In this document: piece by piece, positions 28,734 through 38,200 of the stretch | Position numbering within the stretch: position 1 is the first letter of the stretch | Layout of the letters: every line of letters starts with the position of its first letter | Source: a virus | Lineage: Duplodnaviria; Caudoviricetes | Strand: one strand, 5' to 3' | DNA length: 64,000 nt | Virus record (IMG/VR): IMGVR_UViG_3300030095_001206 | Location: 21,307 to 85,306 of that record | Translations under genes and position numbers: made by a program | The notes under the pieces: generated by a model | Told to the model about the DNA's origin: nothing | The model's database searches: none | What the model saw: the letters and a program-made list of their open reading frames with translations, nothing else

Positions 28734-29078
28734 TTAGTCTCTAACACCCATTGACCATCTCTTAACTTGATTTAACCTTACAATACTATTGTGATCATCT
28801 ATCTTATTAACATACTCTTTTGAGGCATCTACCATACCATCAATAGAATCATTCCCATCAAGTCTAGTTTGTAGAGTCATCTTCTCTACAGGAACCACTC
28901 CAAAGAATCTATTATACCTATCTTGTCCTGTCTCACCTGGTCCTTGGAAACCTTGATCTAAGGGAGTTGTATCATGTGGAAACAGTTTTGGTACATATCC
29001 AGACATAGAAGGGTTGTTTGGTCCAACTGGGCCAGACATATTAGGACTTTCCGACATGAACTGTTTAAATGTCTTCAT
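28734..29078 (-). CDS. probable internal head protein with capsid-targeting-sequence-like N-terminus
   Basis: MKTFKQFMSE resembles T4 internal-protein CTS (MKTYQEFIAE / MKTFKEF). Confidence 0.65.
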   Translation of the reverse strand: MKTFKQFMSESPNMSGPVGPNNPSMSGYVPKLFPHDTTPLDQGFQGPGETGQDRYNRFFGVVPVEKMTLQTRLDGNDSIDGMVDASKEYVNKIDDHNSIVRLNQVKRWSMGVRD

Positions 29079-30721
29079 CCTAGTGCTAGTACCAGTCCTA
29101 TAGATGCCTTACCTGTCAAATTAGAACCATCACCATAGTAAGTTACTGCTGCACCTGCAACTGCAGTAACGACACCAGAAACATTTATACCACTATTTGC
29201 TGTTACTATACCAATAGAATCAACATTAGTTACATCTTCATATGTGATAGTACCTGCTGCTGATATGTTACCCTTAACATGCAAACTCTTTGCAATACCA
29301 ACACCACCACTGAATAATACAGCACCATTATTCCAAGCATGTGATTCAGTAGTATTACTGAAAGTAGTAATACCACTAACATCCATACCCATTGTAGATG
29401 TATTACCCTGCTTTAGTGTTTGATCTAAAGTCTCTGCAGCAGGAGCAAGAGCAGTACTAGCAATACCTACCCATTTAGTATTTGCTTTATCGAATATTAA
29501 TAACTTATTATCACCAGTAGTCTGATCAAAATCAACATCATCCAAATCCTTTATGGCTCCAGCACCACCGCCACCCATAGTTGACAGTTGGGTCTGGATT
29601 CTATTGATGAAAATTCTATAATGTTCTGCTAAATCTTGTAAAGTAGCAAACTTCTGATCCATTGGTGTTAATGGATCTTGACCACTACCAATATTCTCTG
29701 CAGTGTCTGGTGGTTCATTTAATATACCTTCTTGAATCATTGAAAGATCTTTCTGCTTCAACTGTATATCATATACCAGAGCTTTCAACTCAGTTAAATT
29801 TTTAATTTCCTTTCTAATATTTTTTAAATCTTCTTCATAATACTTTGGTTTAGGTAAACTCTTTATTCTTTCTTGAAGAGACTTAACCTCACCATCCATA
29901 TGCTTGGCAAGATTATCTGTAGACTCTACAAAAGACTCTTGTAAGTTGTCTACAGTTTTCTTTGTTACTTCACTAAAAGCATCAAATCTTTCACCTACTT
30001 TTTCATTAAAAGTTATCTCAAACTCTTTCTGATTACTCTTTAGTTTCTTCTGAAGATTCCAAATAACAGTAGATTGTTCTTTAAGTTCTTTAAAGATATC
30101 TTTTCTTACAACATCAACTCTTTCATGAATAGTCGTAAAATCAGTCTTTGTCTCAAATGTCTTAGTATCACTTTCTTCATGTATTTTCTCTAGTTCAGCA
30201 GTTACTCTGGTTGCCAGTGTTGAGATGGTATCTCTAACCCCTCTAAAGTCTTCATCAATAACATTGAATCCTTTTCCAACCCAAGCAAAATCAGGGACTT
30301 CTGTGACTTTATGAATCCAATTAGGTAAAGTTGGTATAGAGTTTTCAACTTTATCAATTGATTCTTTTAATGCTTCTAACTCGTTTTCATAATATCTAAT
30401 TTCAGGTACTACTGGTATCTCATCCTTTACCTGTTGAATACTAGCAGATAACTCTTCTAATTCTGGTGCGTAATCTTTTATTTCTGGTATCTCTGGTATG
30501 TCATTACGGACATCATTAACCATCCTTACCAACTCACCCCATTCAGGTGCTTTGATAACATCCTCTACTTCTAAAAAGGAGTTCCCATCAGCATCCTCAA
30601 TGGTTTGAACTTCTTCTACAAGTTCTTCTTTTGGTAAGAAATCATCTACCGACGGTAATGTAGGCTCGACAATAAACTCGTCTATTGACGGAAGATCAGC
30701 AAGAGGAGTTTTGTTTACCAT
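29075..30721 (-). CDS. chimeric coiled-coil / fibre-like protein
   Basis: acidic PE-rich N-terminus, long coiled coil, GGGGAG hinge, beta-rich fibre-like C-terminus ending GLVLALG. Confidence 0.75.
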   Translation of the reverse strand: MVNKTPLADLPSIDEFIVEPTLPSVDDFLPKEELVEEVQTIEDADGNSFLEVEDVIKAPEWGELVRMVNDVRNDIPEIPEIKDYAPELEELSASIQQVKDEIPVVPEIRYYENELEALKESIDKVENSIPTLPNWIHKVTEVPDFAWVGKGFNVIDEDFRGVRDTISTLATRVTAELEKIHEESDTKTFETKTDFTTIHERVDVVRKDIFKELKEQSTVIWNLQKKLKSNQKEFEITFNEKVGERFDAFSEVTKKTVDNLQESFVESTDNLAKHMDGEVKSLQERIKSLPKPKYYEEDLKNIRKEIKNLTELKALVYDIQLKQKDLSMIQEGILNEPPDTAENIGSGQDPLTPMDQKFATLQDLAEHYRIFINRIQTQLSTMGGGGAGAIKDLDDVDFDQTTGDNKLLIFDKANTKWVGIASTALAPAAETLDQTLKQGNTSTMGMDVSGITTFSNTTESHAWNNGAVLFSGGVGIAKSLHVKGNISAAGTITYEDVTNVDSIGIVTANSGINVSGVVTAVAGAAVTYYGDGSNLTGKASIGLVLALG

Positions 30722-30725
30722 ATTT

Positions 30726-31148
30726 CTATTTATTTTGGGCCTTAGTAGCCTCTTTTAGCATCTTTGCCAAATCAGCAGTTGATCCAACAAAAAGAGAATT
30801 GTTAACAGTGGATGGTCCTTTCTGTACGGATTCCTCTTCAACATCTTTAAGTTTCTTCTGCAGATCCATTAATTTGTCTGTGGCATCTGAAACTGATTTA
30901 ACTAATTGTCCAGCAACTTCGTATGCTCTTGGCATGTCACTCTCTTGAGCAAGTTCAAGAATTCCATTAATTGCTTCTTGTCCTTTTTCAATGATAGAGT
31001 ATAAATTGCCTCTTGTGTATTCGTAATCATTTCTGATATCGGTTTTATCCCGATCTTTAGGTGGTTTTTGAATACCAACCTTCTTAGTATCTGCTACAAT
31101 TTCACTTGCAACATCAAACGTTTTTTCCAATTCTGTAAAGTCTGCCAT
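30726..31148 (-). CDS. g16: terminase small subunit
   Basis: DYEYTRGNLY..IEKGQEA, PRAYEVAGQL, NN.LFVGST.DL.KML. Confidence 0.93.
   Translation of the reverse strand: MADFTELEKTFDVASEIVADTKKVGIQKPPKDRDKTDIRNDYEYTRGNLYSIIEKGQEAINGILELAQESDMPRAYEVAGQLVKSVSDATDKLMDLQKKLKDVEEESVQKGPSTVNNSLFVGSTADLAKMLKEATKAQNK
30727..30734 (-). promoter_or_regulatory. late promoter
   Basis: AATAAATA overlapping g16 stop. Confidence 0.6.
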
Positions 31149-31150
31149 AA

Positions 31151-32197
31151 TTATACATCCTTATTCTGAGATGGACTATACTGTTTAAAGTCTTGGAAGA
31201 ATGAAGTTGTTTCATTGAATCCAAAATCATCACCTATATCAATAAGTGCATCATCAGCAGCAGTAATAAGATCTACTGTAGCACCATTGACATGTTCTGC
31301 AGCACTGGTTCCCTCTTGTCCACGAAGAACAACGAGATTATTGCCATCAATCTCTTTGATCTTCATATTCTCAGTGCCAACGTAAATGTGATTATCTACA
31401 CTAAGTGCAGAAGAATCTGCTACGGTAACAAGAGTCTCTTTAAGATCTAGAGTCTCTGCCAAATATGTAGTTCCATCATTAGTATAATCTTTAACTGCCT
31501 GAGGTGTAACACTGTAGCGAACTTCTCTTCTAAAGTCCTTACCTTTTCTAGTGCTGTAATCAATGGTTGCTTTTTTAATTAAACCACTTGATGATTCTGG
31601 TATAGGTCCGAATAGATATGTCTTAGCAGTAAATGTCATTGTGTAGATTAAAGCTCTACGTTCCGAAAAATCTCCCTCATAATCATCGGTAAACGTAACG
31701 CTATCTAAAACTATAGGTACATCTCTTTTCTCTCCTATAGTAGAGAGCATATTAATTGTTAGGTTGTAAGAAGGTTGGAAGTATGGTAATATTTGTTCAA
31801 CAATTTGCAAAGCATCATCATTTAGTTTTGCAATCATATTAAGTTCAAAAGTCATATTATATGGAACTGGCATATAGACTTTCTTTGCTTTAGTCTTATC
31901 AGATGTAGGAGCAGATAAGAAAGTTTGAGTCTGAGTTACCTTTCTAGAAGGATCGTAACTTAAACCAGTAAACTCAAATGATAGTCGAGGTAAAGTTAAA
32001 GTTTGTGCGTTCTTTAGATCTGGTGCTTGCTCAATCCTTGCTAAAAACTTCTGGATTGGACCATATGCCAATGGCACTTTCATCACACTGACAGCTTTTT
32101 TATCACCGTCTAAATGCTTGATCTGTATGTTATTGAAGAGGGATCCAAAACCAATTACGGTCTTTCGCAGAATCTCATTATAGAAATATTCAAACAC
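31151..32197 (-). CDS. g15: tail sheath stabilizer / completion protein
   Basis: GTG start; YFY.EI.RK...FG.LFN, VPL.YGP.QKFLAR, LPR.SFE, QILPYFQP. Confidence 0.95.
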   Translation of the reverse strand: MFEYFYNEILRKTVIGFGSLFNNIQIKHLDGDKKAVSVMKVPLAYGPIQKFLARIEQAPDLKNAQTLTLPRLSFEFTGLSYDPSRKVTQTQTFLSAPTSDKTKAKKVYMPVPYNMTFELNMIAKLNDDALQIVEQILPYFQPSYNLTINMLSTIGEKRDVPIVLDSVTFTDDYEGDFSERRALIYTMTFTAKTYLFGPIPESSSGLIKKATIDYSTRKGKDFRREVRYSVTPQAVKDYTNDGTTYLAETLDLKETLVTVADSSALSVDNHIYVGTENMKIKEIDGNNLVVLRGQEGTSAAEHVNGATVDLITAADDALIDIGDDFGFNETTSFFQDFKQYSPSQNKDV

Positions 32198-32218
32198 AGA
32201 TAATAATTCGACTACTTA

Positions 32219-32476
32219 CTATTTAACAAGTTCTGAGCCACCACCTAAATCTTTAATGTTTTCAGACCCTCCTACAGCAAAAGGATTATATTTTGCAGTG
32301 GCAATTTTATACATCTTTTCATGTATAGTTTTATCTTCTTCTTGATCTACACCAGGTGGTTGAATTTCTGATGGTGATGTATCGATAGGTTCGTTTGTTG
32401 CTATTGGCATGGAATCTAAAGGATTGTATGGTTCATCATGGAACCACGCATCATAAGGAATTTCAGGAAGTGGCAT
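32219..32476 (-). CDS. hypothetical protein
   Basis: 85-aa ORF tiling between g14 and g15. Confidence 0.7.
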   Translation of the reverse strand: MPLPEIPYDAWFHDEPYNPLDSMPIATNEPIDTSPSEIQPPGVDQEEDKTIHEKMYKIATAKYNPFAVGGSENIKDLGGGSELVK

Positions 32477-33849
32477 TAGGCATCTCCAAATGGATTTTTA
32501 CGTGTCCAATCTAGTATATCATCTCCTTCTGATTGAATAGTTTGATTATCTGCATATGGGGTTACTATATCATCAGTAGTATCAACTGCAAGAGTATAAA
32601 CTGCTGAGGATTCGTCACCAGTAATAGATTCTCCTTGGAGGAATGTTCCTGTTGCAATACCAACCACAAGGGTCTTAGTTGTTGCATCCCAAGACTTGAC
32701 TCTAGCCTTAGTTCCTGTAGTTCCGCCTGTAACTTCTTCATTAAAGTAGAAATCACCAGAACCAAGTAATCCAGGATTACTAATAGTTGCAGTAGGTACT
32801 GCAGTGTATCCAGCACCTGCGTTAGAGAGTCTAGCAGACTGTATAGTGCCTCCAACAGCAATTACCTCACCAATTGCCGTTGTACCTGTTCCAGGTGCAG
32901 TAAAGGTGATTGTAGGGGTAGTTCCATAATATCCTGAACCACCGTCTGTAATAGTAACCACACCAACTGTTCCAGTTGTTGCTATACCAACCGTTACAGC
33001 AATACCTGTTCCACCACCTCCAGTAAAGGTTACTGTTGGTATCTCTGTATATCCTGCACCAGGATCAGTTATACGTACACTTTCAATGGCATATGATGTA
33101 GTAAGACCAACCACACTAGTTGTTATTGCTACAGCAGTAGCTGTAATGCCGCCACCTGGAGCAGAAGAAATGGCAACTGTAGGGGTAGCTCTGTATCCAC
33201 TTCCAGAGTTAAGGAGATCAATGAACTGTACACCGCCGTTTCTAAATGTGGTGACAGCAGTAGCTGTTGTTCCGACACCAGTAAGTGTGAGAGTTTGGTT
33301 ATATCCAAGTTCTTCTGTTTCGTCATCAATAGAACCAATTCCAGTGTCAACTGTTTCGTCTTCATAACGGAATACTTCACACTGTAATTCATAGACATAA
33401 AGTTCTTTTAATTGATAGAAGGGTTTTGCATGTTCAACGAATTTGATTTCGTATAGTCTATCATCAAGCGGGAACCAGATGAGATCTCCTTCTTTTGGTC
33501 TGGTGGATAATTTAATTCCCGTCTCATTTCTGATAAGAGGGGTGATATAATTCTCGAACCTGTCTTTGGATATGGTAAGGTTAATATCTTGCTGAACCTC
33601 AATACCAAACTTTGACAATACTGTACCATTTCCTTGATAGACATCGTAGTTATTGACATATGCTTCTAGTGGATAAGCATCATCAAACTTAGACTGAACT
33701 ACTTCTCTGATAACAGTATTAGTTGTTAAGTATTTACGAGGAAGATAATAGCACTCAACACCATACATCTTCAACTGTTCGTTGATTAAATCCTGAACTA
33801 AATTCTGCTCGTTTTTAGTTCCCTGTGTGAAAAATGGATTTAATGCCAT
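32476..33849 (-). CDS. g14: neck protein with inserted beta-repeat domain
   Basis: EQNL.QDL..E.L.MYG....Y.PR, SKFG, RP.EGDLI.FPL; insertion of about 200 aa with repeated G.GY...PTV. Confidence 0.93.
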   Translation of the reverse strand: MALNPFFTQGTKNEQNLVQDLINEQLKMYGVECYYLPRKYLTTNTVIREVVQSKFDDAYPLEAYVNNYDVYQGNGTVLSKFGIEVQQDINLTISKDRFENYITPLIRNETGIKLSTRPKEGDLIWFPLDDRLYEIKFVEHAKPFYQLKELYVYELQCEVFRYEDETVDTGIGSIDDETEELGYNQTLTLTGVGTTATAVTTFRNGGVQFIDLLNSGSGYRATPTVAISSAPGGGITATAVAITTSVVGLTTSYAIESVRITDPGAGYTEIPTVTFTGGGGTGIAVTVGIATTGTVGVVTITDGGSGYYGTTPTITFTAPGTGTTAIGEVIAVGGTIQSARLSNAGAGYTAVPTATISNPGLLGSGDFYFNEEVTGGTTGTKARVKSWDATTKTLVVGIATGTFLQGESITGDESSAVYTLAVDTTDDIVTPYADNQTIQSEGDDILDWTRKNPFGDA

Positions 33850-34700
33850 TAGCCTATCATGTCAAGTGGTAATTCTTCATAATCCCAAGTCATTCTCTCT
33901 TGAATCTTATCTAATTCAAGTTGAGCGTCATCATACATTTGACGACCATTTAATTCAATTCCACCAGGAAGTTTAACTCCTTGGAATTTAATAAGGTTCT
34001 GACCCCACTGTTTCTTAAGAAGAGCAGTGAAGTATCTTTTTAAGAACCTATCATTATAAACCTTAGTTGAATCTGATGGATCAAGAATCCTCCAGCAATC
34101 AATAATAATATAACTGTTCTTAGTTACCTCCCCCCAGTCAATATCAAGATATAATCTATCTTGTCTAATATTATATCTAATCTGCTTCTCAGTATTTAAT
34201 AAGAAATCAATATCTTCTAACTTCGTCTTTGTCATTGCATATGTCAACAATTCAAGAGAATCAAAGTAGTAAACATCATTTAAGAATAACTGATATTTAA
34301 CACTGAACATATTATTGGTCATGGTATTAGAACCATCAAACCTGTATATCTTATTAACACCTATGATACTATCAGGCATCTTAATATAATTACTATTCTC
34401 AGTAAACTTAAAGGTAGCATCAGCACCAGCAGTAGTTCCTATACCTGAGCTTGCTGGTTGTGTGACAGTTGTTGTGACAATTCCTACTGTACCATTACCT
34501 CTATTAATATCATCCTCAGTAAATTGATATTTCATAGGCATCTTCACGACACCATCATAATGCCTTTCATTCCAAAATTGGAATGCATCATCTAACAGAT
34601 CACTGATCTGTTCATCAGCAACATTTATTTCGAGAACGGGAGCACCAAGTTGCCTCTTAGCGTAATCGATTAATTCAGTTCTCGAAGCTGGCTTTGACAT
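33849..34700 (-). CDS. g13: neck protein
   Basis: R.EL.DY..R.LGAPV.EINV, FLKRY.TAL.K.QWGQNL.KF.GV.LPGG..LNG. Confidence 0.95.
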   Translation of the reverse strand: MSKPASRTELIDYAKRQLGAPVLEINVADEQISDLLDDAFQFWNERHYDGVVKMPMKYQFTEDDINRGNGTVGIVTTTVTQPASSGIGTTAGADATFKFTENSNYIKMPDSIIGVNKIYRFDGSNTMTNNMFSVKYQLFLNDVYYFDSLELLTYAMTKTKLEDIDFLLNTEKQIRYNIRQDRLYLDIDWGEVTKNSYIIIDCWRILDPSDSTKVYNDRFLKRYFTALLKKQWGQNLIKFQGVKLPGGIELNGRQMYDDAQLELDKIQERMTWDYEELPLDMIG

Positions 34701-34717
34701 ATTCCCAGTTTTCTAAG

Positions 34718-34725
34718 TATTTATC
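34718..34725 (-). promoter_or_regulatory. late promoter (g13)
   Basis: GATAAATA upstream of g13. Confidence 0.6.
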
Positions 34726-35101
34726 AAAGAGTGGATGATATACCACCCCTAACCATTATTTGACCCTCAACTATCCTATAAACCGTATCTCCTGTCTTAA
34801 CATTAACATCATATACATGTCTTCCTTCTTTCAATTCTGATGTCTGAGTTGTTGTTAACCCAATAAACATTTTGCCATCATAAGCACTGGAAAATCCAAC
34901 TGAAAATGTTGCAGTTACACCAGCTCCAACATACTTTGCCATCTGAGAAGACTCTGCAGTATAGTTGGTAAAATCTATCGCAGTACCAGATGTATCATTA
35001 ACTGTAAAAGTACAAGTAAATGATGCACCAACATTGACTACCAAATCAGAAACTGATGGGTAGTCAGAAGTTGAATCAAATGTGAAGGTTCTAGTTGCCA
35101 T
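34724..35101 (-). CDS. Ig-like structural protein (BppU N-terminal-like)
   Basis: L.V..GA.F, D.T.YT...QM.K, LT..QT..L..GR.VYDV, R.VEG. Confidence 0.65.
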   Translation of the reverse strand: MATRTFTFDSTSDYPSVSDLVVNVGASFTCTFTVNDTSGTAIDFTNYTAESSQMAKYVGAGVTATFSVGFSSAYDGKMFIGLTTTQTSELKEGRHVYDVNVKTGDTVYRIVEGQIMVRGGISSTL

Positions 35102-35288
35102 TTACAATACTCCTTAACATTTCCTTAATTTCTTTGAGTTCACCTTTAAGTTCATCTATTTCTGCTCTCTCACTTTTTTTATGATTTCGAGCATTAACAT
35201 AATTTTTGTAAGCAGTCATGTCAGTTGAAACAATTGCGTTTGAGTTTTCATCTCTGTAAAGAGAATGGTTATCTTTTACAGGGATCAT
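35091..35288 (-). CDS. small hypothetical protein
   Basis: 65 aa, LYRD..SNAIV motif plus C-terminal coiled coil. Confidence 0.75.
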   Translation of the reverse strand: MIPVKDNHSLYRDENSNAIVSTDMTAYKNYVNARNHKKSERAEIDELKGELKEIKEMLRSIVNGN

Positions 35289-38200
35289 GATAATGCAATC
35301 GCTCTGAATTCAGATATCCTTGGAGGACGTGCCTGATTTGTTGCGGTCATCATAATCTTAATCTTAAATCCATCAAATTCTTTAAGAGAATCTATTGTGA
35401 ATTCATATTCACGGAAGATGTCCTTCTGCATTGAAGGAGCAACAAATGTATCAGGAAGACCTGAATTATTCCTTGGATTAATAATTTGACCACTTTCATC
35501 ACGATTATCATAACCTGGGAATAACTGATAACGGAATTCATTCTCAGCATCATCCTTTCTAAAGAGTGCATATGCAACTCTAATATCAGCAGTAGAAGCT
35601 CTATTAGCAGAGAACATAACTTTAAGTCCTGTAGAAGGAACTTCAAGTCCTACGTTTTTAGTAACATAAGTTGCTGATGTTGGATCCTCACCAGGAATTT
35701 TCACTCTAGGATCATTTGCAAAAATTCCAACAGTGTCATCAACTCTATTAGTTGTAAGAATTGCACTTACTCTATCAATATCAATAACTGGTGATATATC
35801 ACTGTTATTACTATTTAAATCGCATTGTATGTTGAGTGATTTGTTACCAGGTAAAGAACTTAACTTGCTATTTTCATTTACTTTGGAAGCGATCATACGA
35901 GGATCGTCAAAGTAATTAGATTCATTAAGAGTTATGGTTTCAAATCCTTGATCATCAAATGAAGTCTCAGTACCACTAACACTTCTAGCACTAATAGTTC
36001 TGACTCTACTATTGATAGAAGTACCTTTAGGTATTATAGTCTGTACATTTGGTGTTAGGACTTCAAATTGAATGTTTTGTGAAGCCGTAATCCTAGACTC
36101 TCCACCACTCTTTGTATCACTAAAGTATAGACTTGGGAATCCATTAGCACTTGCAGTTCTACTAACTCCTATTCCAACACCATCAGAGGATGATGCATCA
36201 CTATCGATAGCAACATAATAAGTGTCCATTGTAATTGGATGAGATCCTTGATTAGCAACCTCAGACATATTATGTGTCTTATTAATTCTTCTTAAGGATA
36301 CTCCATTAAATTCATACTTATAAACAAGTTGATTTACTGGATGTGTAAACGCAAGAGTTGAATCTTGTGCTCTTGTTATACCACTAAGAGTATTAGTATT
36401 GACTGAAGTATATTGGATGATTTCATTTCCTATCTTCGCATATCCAGGATTTGTTGTACCAACACCAACACCTTCAAAATCAGTAAATGCAGCACCAGCA
36501 CTTACAACCAAATCTCCAGTATTGTCTCTACCATAAGCACCAGTCAATGAAGTTGGAGCAATGTCACTTACAATTCCTTCAATCTTAACAAGGTTGTTAG
36601 ATTCATGCATACCATGATTTTTCTGAATAACCTTGATCGATTTTCCATCATAGAAAGGATCTGTAATTGCTTGACCATTCAAGATAGTTACATTAGATCC
36701 AGAACCATTAATCTCAGATCTTATACCAGTATTTGTAACATAATTCATACTGGATCCAGCAGCAACAAAGTCACCTTGAACTTGATCTAAGAATAAAGTA
36801 TTAGTAAATCCAATAGAAACGACGGATAGTTGAGCTCCTGTTCCTATTCCATTCATAGAAGCAGTTGGAATACCAACTACATCACCAATCTTATATCCTC
36901 TACCACCATCAGTTACACTAACAAGACCAACTAAACCAGCCTTATTATTAGGATCCTGATAGACAGAACCAGCAGTAGATACCTGAACAGTAACTACCAT
37001 TCCAGAACCAGCACCAGTAATCGTAAATGGTTGAATGCTTTCTGTAGTTGCAACAGTATATCCAGCACCAGGATTAACTGCTAATAGTCCATCAGTAGAA
37101 CCACTACTTACAACAGAACCACCAATAGCAATTATATTTCCAACACCACCTGATAACCCAGATCCAGTCTGAGCAATAGAAACACCAGTGGTAATTCCTA
37201 AAGTATCGATAGAATCAGCAATTGAAGAAGTTAAACCAAGTGTAACTTTCTTAGATAATGTATTAATTGGGTTTGGATTTAGTTCTACGATTTCATTATT
37301 ACCAACACCTAACTCAGGGTTGTAGAAATTAACTGTTCCTGTAGTACCAGAAGTAAACTCTGCTTTATAAAGAGTAAACTTCATATCCTCTAACTGAGAA
37401 GGTGTCCAAGTAGAAGCGTTTTGTGACTTAAACAACGAACCCAAGTATGGTTGTTGTGTAATTAATACCTTCTGAGATTCACCCAATCCAGTCGTTGATA
37501 CATCTTCTTCACCCAATCTAGAAATCCAAATATTATACTCTGTAGAAGGAGAAACAACAACTAATGCATACTCATTACCACCTTCCAAATATATTGGAGA
37601 ATCAAATGTAAATCTAGTAGCTACTGATGCATCTGTTGATACATTAATATTTGCTGGTAGAAGTTCTTTTTTACTTAGAGGTATAATAGTAGTTGTTGGT
37701 GTTCCTAGTTCACAAGTTCTAATTTCTACACTACATGGCAATTCTTCATCTTTGGTTGAGAAATACAAATCACAAGACGTGATGAATACACCGTTAGGAT
37801 TTCCAACATCAAATGATTGAGCAAGAGGGTCATACCATTGAGTTAAAATTGTTTGTTGGAATGTAGTAGTTCTTTCTCTAATAACCCCAACATCTCTTCT
37901 TTGATTAACTCTTCTTTGAACATCGGTAAGAACTCTATTATCAGTTAGGTTCTCAGTAACAATTTCAGCATTTCTTGTGTTAATAATACTTTCTTGAAGA
38001 GTTTCAATAACACCAGATGATTCGTAATTTTTCTCAACAGCTGTTGTTACAACTCCTGGAATTAAAGAATTGACTGCAGATGAACTTAAACGAAGTGTCT
38101 TTGTACCAGAAGCAAACTCTGGGTTTTCGTTAATAGTAGAATCAGGAACAAAGAATGATCCAATTAATGTACCAACATTATCTGTTATTAGACGAGTGGT

